Positions 17,869 to 28,310 are shown, counted from the first letter of the stretch. The stretch is DNA of 64,000 nt from Minisyncoccota bacterium (GCA_041663185.1 JBAZQY010000001.1:117298-181297), one strand, 5' to 3'. The notes: generated from the sequence alone by a model not told the origin. Made by a program: numbers and translations.

Positions 17869-20035
17869 TATCGAATCTCATTTTCGAATTGATATAAATC
17901 AAAAAAAAGCCCTCGCCAGACTTAGAATAATTACAATCCGCGATTTATTATATTATTTCCCTTCTCGTTATACAGATATTAGTGAATTTCGTCATATCAA
18001 TACACTCAAGGATGGTGAACTGGCCACAGTCATTGGACAAATTTCAAATTTAAAAACAAAAAAAGGATTCAAAAGCAAAATCCCAATGGGCCAAGCAGTG
18101 ATAACTGATCTAACAGGAAAAATAAATATTATTTGGTTCCATCAGCCATACCTGGCAAAAATGTTACGTGAAGGGACAACTGTCCGAGTAACTGGTAAAA
18201 TATCTGAGAGTAAAAATTATGGATTAACTTTAACTAATCCAGAAATCAGCAAAGAAGATATCTTGCCGATTGATTTACACGATTCTCTTTTTCAAAAAAA
18301 GGAATCCGGGGAACAATATGGGTTTCCTGTTTATCCTGAGTCAAAAGGAATTACTTCTAAGTGGATGTATCACGCAATTGGGAAAATATTAAAAAATGAT
18401 TGCGTTAAAAATATTCCCGATTACCTTGATAAGAAAACTTTAGAAAAATATAAATTGCCTAGCTTACACACTGCCCTTGTTTGGATACATACACCACAGA
18501 AAAAAGAGCACGCCGAGATTGCCAGAAAAAGATTTGCTTTTGAAGAAGTATTTTTTATTCAACTGGCCCGCCAACAAGAGCGAAAAAGATACGAAGAATT
18601 ATTTTCATATAAAATGGTGGTTCATGATAAAGATATAAAAGATTTTATTTCCAGATTTCCGTTTAAACCAACTCATTCACAAGAAAATGCAATCAAAATT
18701 ATTTTAGATGATTTAAAGAAAGATAAACCGATGTCGCGACTCATCGAAGGTGATGTCGGTAGTGGGAAAACATTCGTCGCCGCAACCGTCGCTTATGCAG
18801 TTATAAAAAATAGACCGGTTGGGGTTGATTTTGGAAATTTACAGGTTGCATACATGGCTCCAACGGAAGTACTGGCCGTCCAACTTTTTGAGAATTTTAT
18901 CAAATATTTTGAACACACTGGTATCTCTATTGCTCTTATGACCTCTTCTGGATGTCGTAAATTCCCTAGTAAATCGGCTAGTTGGGAAAATGGTAAGCAA
19001 ATAAAAACTTGGACATCTATTGCTAGGAATCAACTTCTTAAATGGATTAAAAATGGTGAAATCCCGATAGTTATCGGAACCCATTCCCTAATCTCGACAA
19101 AAGTTGAGTTTGAGGACTTAGGTCTTGTGATTATTGACGAACAACATCGTTTTGGAACAAACCAGAGAATGAAGTTAGCCAAAAAAGAAGGTCACTCGCC
19201 TCATTATCTTTCAATGACCGCGACACCTATACCTCGAACTTTAGCACTGACAATATACGGCGATTTGGATCTTTCAATAATTGATGAAATGCCAGCCGGA
19301 CGCAAGCAAGTAATAACCGAAATTGTGACTGAAAATAAAAGAGCTGTTGCCTATGAAAAAATTAAAAAAGAATTAGAGAGTGGCAGGCAAGTTTATGTTA
19401 TTTGTCCAAAGATTGATGAGAGCGACGATGAAGAAAAAATAAAATTAGATGTGAAAAATGTCACGGGCGAAGCCAAGCGACTCAAAAAAGAAATTTTTCA
19501 AGATTATCGGATTGAAATAATGCACAGCAAAATGACAAAAATCAAAAAAGAGAAAGTTATGAGTGATTTTTCTAAACACTTGATTGATATTCTTGTTTCA
19601 ACTTCAGTGATCGAGGTTGGAGTTAATATCCCAAATGCAACTGTCATTGTCATTGAGGGAGCTGAACGTTTTGGCCTGGCTCAACTCCACCAACTTCGCG
19701 GACGAGTTATTCGTTCAACATATCAATCTTATTGCTATCTTTTTGCTGACGCTAAAACAGAAAAAACAATAGAAAGGTTAAAGGCTCTAACAAAAGCCTC
19801 AAACGGCTTTGAGCTAGCTGAACTTGATTTGTCCCTCCGAGGCGCCGGACTTTTATCGGGAGATAAGCAATGGGGTATTACTGACCTTGGAATGGAGGCT
19901 ATGAAAAATATTAAAATGGTGGAAGCCGCCAGAACCGAAGCAATTAGTTTGATTGAAAAAGATATCGATTTGAAATCCTATCCCCTCCTTGCTGAAACTC
20001 TAAAACAAAAAAACATTAAATTGCATTTTGAATAA
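17852..20035 (+). CDS. recG: ATP-dependent DNA helicase RecG
   Basis: GDVGSGKT, MAPTEVLA, DEQHRFG, MTATPIPRTLA, AERFGLAQLHQLRGRV. Confidence 0.95.
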   Translation: MYLNDNIESHFRIDINQKKALARLRIITIRDLLYYFPSRYTDISEFRHINTLKDGELATVIGQISNLKTKKGFKSKIPMGQAVITDLTGKINIIWFHQPYLAKMLREGTTVRVTGKISESKNYGLTLTNPEISKEDILPIDLHDSLFQKKESGEQYGFPVYPESKGITSKWMYHAIGKILKNDCVKNIPDYLDKKTLEKYKLPSLHTALVWIHTPQKKEHAEIARKRFAFEEVFFIQLARQQERKRYEELFSYKMVVHDKDIKDFISRFPFKPTHSQENAIKIILDDLKKDKPMSRLIEGDVGSGKTFVAATVAYAVIKNRPVGVDFGNLQVAYMAPTEVLAVQLFENFIKYFEHTGISIALMTSSGCRKFPSKSASWENGKQIKTWTSIARNQLLKWIKNGEIPIVIGTHSLISTKVEFEDLGLVIIDEQHRFGTNQRMKLAKKEGHSPHYLSMTATPIPRTLALTIYGDLDLSIIDEMPAGRKQVITEIVTENKRAVAYEKIKKELESGRQVYVICPKIDESDDEEKIKLDVKNVTGEAKRLKKEIFQDYRIEIMHSKMTKIKKEKVMSDFSKHLIDILVSTSVIEVGVNIPNATVIVIEGAERFGLAQLHQLRGRVIRSTYQSYCYLFADAKTEKTIERLKALTKASNGFELAELDLSLRGAGLLSGDKQWGITDLGMEAMKNIKMVEAARTEAISLIEKDIDLKSYPLLAETLKQKNIKLHFE

Positions 20036-20079
20036 AAAAACACCTTAATGTAAGGTGTTTTTTTATTATTTCAAAACAA

Positions 20080-20640
20080 TTAAGCCGTTTGCGTTTTTTG
20101 TCCCATTAATTTTTTTACTTTTTTAACTTCATTTATTCCTTCTCTCACTAGATGAATAGTACCAGCTATCCCTACTGCAACTACCCCCTCAAGAACAATT
20201 TTACAGATAGCATCTAGTTGTTGAACTTTAGCAGGTATTTCTTCTACATGTGTTATAGGGGCCAAAGCTTCTAGAGCTGTTAGATTACTATTTTGCATAA
20301 TATTACGAAGATTATCAGCATAATTCAAATCGTGAAGCGTGACACCCTCAAAAAGATAGCGACTAGCAAGAGCAGAAAGAAAAGCTACAGTTAATAATAC
20401 ACCTCCAGCTATTAGGTTTTCTTTTCGAGTTTTTTTAGCTTCCTCCTGCATCTTATCTAATTCATATTGAGACATTCCCCTAACAGCAGTTTGTATTCCT
20501 TTTTCTTGTCCAACCTCATTATATAATTTTTCAACTTCATTAAGTTTATTTTCAATTCCTTCAATCCTTATCTCTGGAGATTTTGATTTTAATTCTTGGG
20601 ATTCTGGAATATTTTGTTTTATATTTTTTTGTTTTTCCAT
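20080..20640 (-). CDS. Hypothetical membrane protein
   Basis: 186-aa ORF with two hydrophobic segments. Confidence 0.6.
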   Translation of the reverse strand: MEKQKNIKQNIPESQELKSKSPEIRIEGIENKLNEVEKLYNEVGQEKGIQTAVRGMSQYELDKMQEEAKKTRKENLIAGGVLLTVAFLSALASRYLFEGVTLHDLNYADNLRNIMQNSNLTALEALAPITHVEEIPAKVQQLDAICKIVLEGVVAVGIAGTIHLVREGINEVKKVKKLMGQKTQTA

Positions 20641-20657
20641 ATTAAAATACTAGACTT

Positions 20658-20810
20658 TTAATTTTGTTTCGACTGTTTTTCTTTTACGGCTTCTAATAGA
20701 ATTTTCATAGCATCTAAGGAAGCATCGAGGGCTATAAGCAAAGAATTTTTTTCTTCTTCTGTCGCTTCGCCTCTTTTTATTTTATCCAAAAGCTCTTTAT
20801 ATTCATCCAT
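20658..20810 (-). CDS. Small hypothetical protein (50 aa)
   Basis: MDEYKELLDKIKRGEATEEEKNSLL...; read manually, upstream of and co-oriented with 20080-20640. Confidence 0.5.
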   Translation of the reverse strand: MDEYKELLDKIKRGEATEEEKNSLLIALDASLDAMKILLEAVKEKQSKQN

Positions 20811-20990
20811 AATTTTAATGAATTAGTTTTATAATATCCATATTCTACACCCCCAACGGGGATTGTCAAACTTTGATTGAAAATCCTAACATAGAAATTG
20901 ACACCAAAAATAAATTCCTGTCATTGCTCAAAATTTTAGTGGTCCTGTCTTTTTTATCAAAAAACTTCAAACCGTATTTTGAATAAAAAA

Positions 20991-21653
20991 TTAAATTTCC
21001 TTATATATTTCAAGTTTTTGTTTTATTGATTTTATAACTTGATTAAGAAACTCCCACCGCTTAGGATCAACATCTTCTCCTGGTGCATTCTTTAATTCAT
21101 ATCCTAAAATTTTTGCCATGTATTCCGCAGCTTCGTTTACATTTATTATAAATTGTTTATTCGAAGGTAATTGCTTAACTTGTTCATTTGTTCCAACCTG
21201 TGATTTCCATATATCATCATTAAATAATTTCTGTTGTTCTTCATTAAGCAAATTGTCATAAAGATATTCCGGTAATACTTGATTCAGATATTCCATCATT
21301 TTTTTTATTTCAGGAATATCATAACCCCTTTTGGAATCTTCCGTCTTTCCTTTTATTAACCAAGATCCTCTGTTACCAAAAAATGGGTACCATTCTCCCC
21401 CAACCTTACCACTTGTTCCTCTACTACTTTGATAAAAAGGCACTTTTATACTATTTATATCTGCAATAACAGCTATTCTTGTGCCGGGTTGAACAATATA
21501 TCTCTTTCCTTCTGCGTTTTCATATAAAACTTTGTTTTTAAATAATTCATCTATCCTTTCCTTAAAAGGTAATCTCTTTTCTATTTGCGATAAATCGAGT
21601 TTCTTTTCTTTGTCAAAAAAATCGTCTTCAATTTTAGGTTGGTTAAAATTCAT
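20991..21653 (-). CDS. Hypothetical protein
   Basis: 220-aa ORF (PFYQSS.GTSGK..GEWYPFFG); starts 4 nt after the tRNA-Ile 3' end. Confidence 0.65.
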   Translation of the reverse strand: MNFNQPKIEDDFFDKEKKLDLSQIEKRLPFKERIDELFKNKVLYENAEGKRYIVQPGTRIAVIADINSIKVPFYQSSRGTSGKVGGEWYPFFGNRGSWLIKGKTEDSKRGYDIPEIKKMMEYLNQVLPEYLYDNLLNEEQQKLFNDDIWKSQVGTNEQVKQLPSNKQFIINVNEAAEYMAKILGYELKNAPGEDVDPKRWEFLNQVIKSIKQKLEIYKEI

Positions 21654-21657
21654 ATTG

Positions 21658-21731
21658 TCCGCCTGCTACGATTCGAACGTAGGACCCTCGAGGTATAAGC
21701 TCGATGCTCTAACCAACTGAGCTACAGGCGG
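21658..21731 (-). tRNA. tRNA-Ile(TAT)
   Basis: CCGCCTG/CAGGCGG acceptor + A, TAGCTCAGTTGGTTAGAGC D arm, TCGAG-CTTATAC-CTCGA anticodon arm, TTCGAAT. Confidence 0.93.
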
Positions 21732-21803
21732 ATTGGTTATAGAAATATATTACAGAAAAAACACTATATTTGCAAACTGCCCCGCCGAAGGCGGGGCAGT
21801 TTT

Positions 21804-21906
21804 AGAAAACCGAGAATATTGAAAAATAAATGAGTGGGTGTGGGCGCGCGCCGAGCGAAGCGAGGTAGGGATAAGCGAGTTTATTTTTTAATATTCTCGG
21901 TTTTCT
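21804..21906. repeat. Palindromic element family A, copy 2
   Basis: AGAAAACCGAGAATATT..AATATTCTCGGTTTTCT arms with the conserved core; abuts the ftsH stop. Confidence 0.8.
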
Positions 21907-23823
21907 TTATATTGTGTCTTTAACTTTCGGAACTATCCCATTTGCAATGATAAGATCGTTGTATTCTTTTTGCTCCAGAGTTTCTACTTCAATTAATTTC
22001 TTTGCAATTACATCGAGAATATTTTTCTTCTCTAAGAGAATTCTTTTTGCTTCGGCAAGTGAATTATTCATTATTTTTGCAACTTCAGCATCAATGACTG
22101 AACTCATCTTCTCAGAATACTCTTTGTCGTCTACTCCTTGACCAAACATAACTCGTCCACCATCCCCTTCAAGAGCAATCGGGCCAATTTCATCACTCAT
22201 TCCCCAGCGAGTAACCATTGCACGAGCAAGATTTGTCGCCACCTGTAAATCATTCGATGGGCCTGTTGTAATATCTCCGAAAATCATCTCTTCGGCCACG
22301 TATCCGCCGAGCGACATGGTAATGTCATCAATAAATTCTTTTTTACTTTGTAATCGTCGCTCTTCAAGTGGAAGTTTGAGGGTATACCCGCCAGCCCTTC
22401 CGCGAGAAACAATTGAGACCTTGTGTACTGGATCTGCATATGGAAGCATCGAGGCAAGCAATGCATGCCCTGCTTCATGATAAGCTGTAATTTCTTTTTC
22501 TTTTTTGGAAAGTAAATGACTTTTTCGCTCTGGGCCCATCATCACTTTTTCAATCGAACGAATAAGGTCAAATTGAGCAACTTTTTTTCTATCTTCACGA
22601 GCGGCAAGTATTGCTCCTTCATTCATCAGTGAATACAAATCCGCACCCGAAAATCCTGGTGTGCGCTCAGCGATAACTTTCAAATCCACATCCTCAGCAA
22701 ACGGCTTTTTTCTAGAATGAATTCCGAGTATCTCTTCGCGATCTTTTCTATCTGGTAATTCAAGGACTACCCGGCGATCAAATCGTCCCGGGCGAAGAAG
22801 TGCTGGGTCAAGAACGTCTGACCTATTTGTTGCCGCCATAACAATAACTTTCTCATTCGGTTCAAAACCATCCATTTCAACTAGAATTTGGTTTAATGTT
22901 TGTTCACGCTCATCATTACCTCCTCCGACTCCAGTTCCTCGCACTCGACCGACAGCATCTATCTCATCAATAAAGACGATAGACGGCGCGGCTTTTTTAG
23001 CCATTTTGAATAAATCGCGGACGCGTGATGCCCCAACTCCGACAAACATTTCGACGAATTCACTTCCGGACAAATGGAAAAATGGCACACTGGCTTCCCC
23101 AGCAACAGCCCTGGCTAGTAATGTCTTCCCTGTCCCTGGCGCGCCAGTGAGTAACACTCCTTTGGGAATTCGTGCTCCGATATCCAAAAACTTTTTAGGG
23201 TTACGAAGGAAATCTACAATTTCTTTTAATTCTTCTTTGGCTTCTTTACTTCCGGCTACATCTTTGAAAGTAACTTTGTTATTTTTATCGTTAGGGTCAG
23301 TAATACGTGCTTTTGATTGACCAAAAGTAAATGCTTGCATGCCCTGACCTTTGACTTGGCGAGTTAGCATCCAGATAAAGAAAACAATTAACAAGACGGG
23401 AATTAGAAATGGCAAAATATTTAGTAACCAATATCCAAAACCAGATTCCGTTTTGATTTCAATCGGAGTTGCTGAGAGTTCCTCGGGGGTTACTCCATAA
23501 TTAAAAAGTGTTTCCGAAAGAGAACTCTCTACTTCCTTCTTGGCTTTACCTTTTGTCTCATCTTTGAAAATTACATTAACATCACTACCAGAGACTTCTA
23601 TGCTTGTAAGCGTCTCAGTTTTGATAGCATTGGCAACATCAGAAATAGTTATACTTTTGATATCTTCTGGTGATTTAGTTAGGAAGGTGTACAGCAAAGT
23701 AATCCCCATAAAGATAAATATCGCGATAGTGATCTGATTTATAATGTTTGGCTTCTTGGGCATTTGGGGTAAGCCTGATTTATTTTTCATTTTTGGATTT
23801 ATTTGGTTCATTGGATTTTTCAT
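21907..23823 (-). CDS. ftsH: ATP-dependent zinc metalloprotease FtsH
   Basis: 2 [36 protein letters not shown]. Confidence 0.97.
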   Translation of the reverse strand: MKNPMNQINPKMKNKSGLPQMPKKPNIINQITIAIFIFMGITLLYTFLTKSPEDIKSITISDVANAIKTETLTSIEVSGSDVNVIFKDETKGKAKKEVESSLSETLFNYGVTPEELSATPIEIKTESGFGYWLLNILPFLIPVLLIVFFIWMLTRQVKGQGMQAFTFGQSKARITDPNDKNNKVTFKDVAGSKEAKEELKEIVDFLRNPKKFLDIGARIPKGVLLTGAPGTGKTLLARAVAGEASVPFFHLSGSEFVEMFVGVGASRVRDLFKMAKKAAPSIVFIDEIDAVGRVRGTGVGGGNDEREQTLNQILVEMDGFEPNEKVIVMAATNRSDVLDPALLRPGRFDRRVVLELPDRKDREEILGIHSRKKPFAEDVDLKVIAERTPGFSGADLYSLMNEGAILAAREDRKKVAQFDLIRSIEKVMMGPERKSHLLSKKEKEITAYHEAGHALLASMLPYADPVHKVSIVSRGRAGGYTLKLPLEERRLQSKKEFIDDITMSLGGYVAEEMIFGDITTGPSNDLQVATNLARAMVTRWGMSDEIGPIALEGDGGRVMFGQGVDDKEYSEKMSSVIDAEVAKIMNNSLAEAKRILLEKKNILDVIAKKLIEVETLEQKEYNDLIIANGIVPKVKDTI

Positions 23824-23907
23824 AGTGCATTAGATTATACACGTAAAATGGATAAAAATAAAGGTCGTATTTTTGATATTATTGCTATTTGCTGATAACA
23901 TATAAGG

Positions 23908-24354
23908 ATGGCCGTATATATAGACAACAGAAAAGCTCACTTTAATTACAGCATCGAGGATACTTACGAGGCTGGTATTGAATTACTCGGGCATGAAGTC
24001 AAATCAATCAAGAGTGGAAGCGGGAATATTAACTCGGCTTTTTGTATCGTCCGTGGTGGTGAAGCGTATATCATAAATATGAAAATTCCTCCTTACCAAC
24101 CACACAATATGGATCTTGGATACGACCCTGAAAGGACCCGTCGCTTATTATTATCAAAAAAAGAAATAAAGAAGTTAGCGGATCAAGATGATAAAAAAGG
24201 ATTGACTCTCATCCCTATTTCATTATATAGTAAGGGTCCTTATATAAAAGTCTCTATCGCTGTGGCTCGCGGGAAAAAAGAATTCGACAAAAGAGAAACA
24301 ATCAAAAAACGCGAAACAGATAGAGAGATAAGGAGAACTTTGAAAACAGGGTAG
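23908..24354 (+). CDS. smpB: SsrA-binding protein
   Basis: NRKAHFNY, EAGIELLGHEVKS, RGKKEFDKRETIK; adjacent to tmRNA. Confidence 0.96.
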   Translation: MAVYIDNRKAHFNYSIEDTYEAGIELLGHEVKSIKSGSGNINSAFCIVRGGEAYIINMKIPPYQPHNMDLGYDPERTRRLLLSKKEIKKLADQDDKKGLTLIPISLYSKGPYIKVSIAVARGKKEFDKRETIKKRETDREIRRTLKTG

Positions 24355-24421
24355 GAAGTAGCAAGTAGTATGTAGTAAGGAATTAATTTCCCTTTCTACT
24401 TTCTACTTACTACCTACTACT
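24351..24421. repeat. Degenerate 7-nt periodic array (GTAG../..CTAC inverted halves)
   Basis: gtaggaagtagcaagtagtatgtagtaag...ctactttctacttactacctactac. Confidence 0.6.
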
Positions 24422-24428
24422 TAATACT

Positions 24429-24819
24429 GGGGATGATCGGCTTCGACAAAATGAATCCTCTTATATATGCATGTAAAGTACCCAGGAATCTTTTAAAACT
24501 TCTTGGAAAAGACTAAGTGCAAACAAAGTCGCTTCAGTTCTTTCACCTTACTCTTTTGGGTTAGGTCAAAGAGCTCTTGCTTACGCCTAAACGGCTCCGG
24601 CAAGTGTTCATTCTTTTGACATCCGATATAAAGAGTGGGCATAATTTATCGGGTTACGATTTTACAAATGTCCGATGTAGAATTCGACAATTTAGGACTC
24701 GGTGTTTATCTTTCCTGTATGTCCTCTAGGATAAACATTTAAACCCAAGTGGACATAACAAACATGTAGAATTATCTAAGAGTTCCTTTTGCACGCGGGT
24801 TCGATTCCCGCCATCTCCA
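24429..24819 (+). ncRNA. ssrA: tmRNA
   Basis: 5' GGGGATGA..TTCGAC, 3' GCGGGTTCGATTCCCGCCATCTCCA with G3.U pair; tag ORF 24519-24590 ANKVASVLSPYSFGLGQRALAYA*. Confidence 0.95.
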
Positions 24820-25079
24820 CAATTAAAAAACGTCCAGCAATGGGCGTTTTTTAATTGTGGAGATGAGAAAGCCAACTGCTTGGCTTTCGGCGGGAAGCGA
24901 AAGACTTTTCGTTATTTGCGAAGCAAATCGAAAAGTACCTGGCGATGTAATCGCCGATAAGTGTACTCACGGTCCCGCTATTTCTTGCGTGGAAATCAAA
25001 AGGTATACTGTCCTCGTAGAGGAAGATACTCAGACATCTCCACAACATTTTAAACCTTATTTTGTAAGGGTTATTTTAC

Positions 25080-25227
25080 TTGACTTTTTTGTCAATCTAT
25101 GCTATCATTCTACTGGGTCAGTTCTTTGATATTTGGTTTTAAATTAAATTTGTTGGATTGTCTTTGCTCCCCTTTCTATGGAATAAAGACAATTCAATAA
25201 ATTTTTAAACACAAAAAACCAGAAAAA
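25080..25227 (+). promoter_or_regulatory. Sigma70 promoter + boxA-like motif + hairpin leader
   Basis: TTGACT-17-TATCAT (preceded by TG), AGTTCTTTGA, ATTGTCTTT..AAAGACAAT hairpin. Confidence 0.6.
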
Positions 25228-25725
25228 ATGAAAAAAATAATATTAACTTCAGAAACGGGATTAGAAATAATCAATGCCCTAAATAAAATTACTCAAAATC
25301 ATTATTTCACGATTGAGAAATGGTATTCAAATGAAAATCTTCCTTTATCTGATGATGATGTTAGTAATATTAAATGGGGGGAACAAAAAGATACTCTCAA
25401 AAATATCACCGTGAAAGCAGGATACACATCCGGAAAAGGTTACAATAGTGATTATGGTTGTATCGTTATGTCGCTATCACCCCTAGCTTTTGCGACACAT
25501 TTCGAAACAGGTTCTATTTTTTATATTTTTGATGATGAAATAGTTGTTGGAATATTAAATGGAAAAAATCAATTCCTATACAGGCGATATTCCATTGAAA
25601 AAGATAGCCCCGAAACTAAGAATCGCGAATACTGCAATCAGTCCGAAGCTGACAACTACAGGATGCATTTGGGTGAAAAGTGGGAAAATGACAACATGTT
25701 TGGAGTATCGGAAGAAGAGGATTAG
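25228..25725 (+). CDS. Hypothetical protein (stand-alone cassette)
   Basis: 165-aa ORF with its own promoter/leader. Confidence 0.65.
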   Translation: MKKIILTSETGLEIINALNKITQNHYFTIEKWYSNENLPLSDDDVSNIKWGEQKDTLKNITVKAGYTSGKGYNSDYGCIVMSLSPLAFATHFETGSIFYIFDDEIVVGILNGKNQFLYRRYSIEKDSPETKNREYCNQSEADNYRMHLGEKWENDNMFGVSEEED

Positions 25726-26116
25726 GCAATCCGCTTTTGCAGAAAAGGAAAATCCCTTTTCATTATGCAGAGCGGATTTTTCTTTTTATTCAATTCTCGT
25801 TGTAATACTAATAAGAAATTAACAAGAAATCACCTTTTTTGCTCTATTTTAGGAGTTTATTTAGATTAATGGTAAAATTACAAAAAATACTAAAACTATG
25901 AAAATACTAAAATATCTTTATTATTTTTGTGAACTTGGAAAAGATCCGTCGATATTGCGCACCAAATGACTGTCCTCATTTATTATGTCGAAAACGAAAA
26001 AATATTCATAAAAATGAAGAATGGTAAATACTTATAAAAAAGGGAGTTGGCATTAGTCAATCTCCCTTTTAAATTTTCTCATAAATTATTTATATCTTTA
26101 ACTTTTTCGTTTTTAT

Positions 26117-26416
26117 ATGCTACTCTTAAAGAAACTTAAAAAAATGGGAACACTGGAACCACTTAGTAGACGCACTCGCCTACTCTGGATGTATAATACT
26201 CTTATTCATCCACACCGTATCAAAATAATAATCGTATGTTTTGATTCTCGTGATAAAGCACTATATCCCTGTCATTTATCTCGTGACCAGGATGTTGAGA
26301 AAAAAATAAACAATATTTCAATCGAAACTCCAAATGTAATCATCATTGAGGTTATTGATTTGGATAAAGAACCGTTTGATGTATTCGATATGTTCGAGCT
26401 TGAAAATTTTTACTAG
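26117..26416 (+). CDS. Hypothetical protein
   Basis: 99-aa ORF ending in a terminator-like palindrome. Confidence 0.45.
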   Translation: MLLLKKLKKMGTLEPLSRRTRLLWMYNTLIHPHRIKIIIVCFDSRDKALYPCHLSRDQDVEKKINNISIETPNVIIIEVIDLDKEPFDVFDMFELENFY

Positions 26417-26510
26417 TAAAAATTTTCAAGCTCTTTTTTTATTACCAAAATTAAAAATTCCCACACCGAGTGTAGGAATTTTTAATTAAATAAATCTTTG
26501 TATTAAACAA

Positions 26511-26756
26511 TTACATAGGATTACTTGTTGGGGCACTTGTAGGCATTGCTTTAGCTTCACAGTGCTTACAATCTTTGCAGTGAGTAGCAACCAAAAAGAT
26601 TGCGGACAAACCAACTAGAATGTAAATGATTTTAGAGATTAGAGCATCTTGTCCTCCAAAAATCATTCCTACATCCCAACCAAAGAGACCCACAAGAAGC
26701 CAATTAAGACCTCCGATGATAACTAGAACAAATGCGATACCATGTATAACTTTCAT
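26511..26756 (-). CDS. DUF378 family membrane protein
   Basis: LVIIGGLNWLLVGLF..IYILVGLSA. Confidence 0.85.
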   Translation of the reverse strand: MKVIHGIAFVLVIIGGLNWLLVGLFGWDVGMIFGGQDALISKIIYILVGLSAIFLVATHCKDCKHCEAKAMPTSAPTSNPM

Positions 26757-26864
26757 TTTTTTATTGTTAATTAAAAATTAATAATTCGACTCTTAGAACT
26801 TATATGCAGATATTATACCAAATATAAAAATCTTGGATAGCAATTTTTATGCTAAAATGGCATT

Positions 26865-28310
26865 ATGACACCACAACCAAAACTTACAGTTTCAGGATAT
26901 CGCGGGATTTGGGGAGAGAGTTTAACTCCTTTGATTATAGAGAATTATGTTTCTGCTTTTATTCAATTTGTGAAAGAAGATATAAATGATAAGCCGACAA
27001 TTCTTCTCGGGCGTGATGGTCGCGAAAGTGGCCCAGATATTAAAAAAATAGTGACAAGAACACTCCAGAAACTCGGTGTGAATTTCATTGATGGGGATAT
27101 TCTCCCAACTCCGACCGTTCTTTTCGCCGTCCGAAAACACAAATACGATAGCGCAATAATCATTACCGCTAGTCACAATCCGAGAGAATATAATGGACTA
27201 AAATTTGTAACCAACAAAGCACTTTTCACGGACGAAAAAGAAGTGGCAAAAATAAAAGAAAATTATGAAAAAATCACCAATAAAAATAAACTCCAACAGA
27301 ATATTCTTTCTGAAAGCACACATAAAACCCTACTGGGTTTTTGCTCTGCTCGGCCCGTCGGCCTGCGCAAGTCTTTCATAAAGAACATTCTGTCTTCGTT
27401 TATTAAAAAAATCAATTTCCCCAAAGAACACGCGGACCAAATTTTAAAACATATCAACGTAGAAAAAATTCGAGCTCATAAATTCAAAGTGGCTGTCGAT
27501 ATGATAAACGCTTCGGCTTGTGTCCTTGATCCATATTTATTTGAGCAACTTGGAGTCGAACTTATTCCTCTTAATAATATTCCTGATGGTAAATTTGCCC
27601 ATAAGCCAGAACCACTCCGAGAGAATTTAGGAGATATCGCGCAACTTGTAAAAGAAAAAAATTGCAACCTTGGCTTTGCTCACGACCCCGATGCTGACCG
27701 TCTGATTGTTATAAATGAAAAAGGTGAGGCCATTTCAGAAGAATATACTCTTGCCCTCGGGGTTGAAGCAATTCTTTCTAAAAACCATAACAATATCGCT
27801 GTTGTAAATATGTCCACCTCTCAAATGAATAGAGATATTGCCGAAAAATATGGTGGCAAATGTATCCGGACAAAAGTCGGTGAAGCAAACGTCGTTGCTG
27901 GTATTTTAGAGAACAATGCAATAATTGGTGGTGAAGGTGGTGGAGGAATTATTTACCCCACTATTAATATGGCTCGCGATAGTTTTGTTAGTTTGGCTTT
28001 AATTTTGGAATTATTGGCAGAAAGAGATCAAACTGTCACCGAATGTTTAGAAACACTTCCAAAATATGAAATGTGCAAAGACAAAGTGTCTGTTGTGGGT
28101 AGTTTAGAAGAAATGTATCTGAAGATGAAAAATCATTTCAAAAACGGAACTATAAATGAGCTTGATGGCCTTCGCCTCGACTTCCCTGATAACTCTTGGA
28201 TTCACTTACGACCCTCAAATACTGAGCCAATAGTTCGTCTTTATGGCGAAGCCCAGACAAAAGAAAGAATTACCGAATTATTCAAAGAAGCCCATGCTGT
28301 ACTTGCCTAA
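26865..28310 (+). CDS. Phosphomannomutase/phosphoglucosamine mutase family (alpha-D-phosphohexomutase)
   Basis: SGYRG, TASHNP, HDPDADR, GGEG, RPSNTEP; carries an in-frame palindromic insert at 27286-27403. Confidence 0.9.
   Translation: MTPQPKLTVSGYRGIWGESLTPLIIENYVSAFIQFVKEDINDKPTILLGRDGRESGPDIKKIVTRTLQKLGVNFIDGDILPTPTVLFAVRKHKYDSAIIITASHNPREYNGLKFVTNKALFTDEKEVAKIKENYEKITNKNKLQQNILSESTHKTLLGFCSARPVGLRKSFIKNILSSFIKKINFPKEHADQILKHINVEKIRAHKFKVAVDMINASACVLDPYLFEQLGVELIPLNNIPDGKFAHKPEPLRENLGDIAQLVKEKNCNLGFAHDPDADRLIVINEKGEAISEEYTLALGVEAILSKNHNNIAVVNMSTSQMNRDIAEKYGGKCIRTKVGEANVVAGILENNAIIGGEGGGGIIYPTINMARDSFVSLALILELLAERDQTVTECLETLPKYEMCKDKVSVVGSLEEMYLKMKNHFKNGTINELDGLRLDFPDNSWIHLRPSNTEPIVRLYGEAQTKERITELFKEAHAVLA
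27286..27403. repeat. Palindromic element family B, intragenic copy
   Basis: CAGAATATTCTTT..AAAGAACATTCTG arms; core shared with 30959-31085. Confidence 0.75.

Noticed and set aside
24851-25129. ORFs 24851-25048(-) and 24857-25129(+)
   Set aside because: They coincide with the tmRNA-derived hairpin element and a promoter; no protein features
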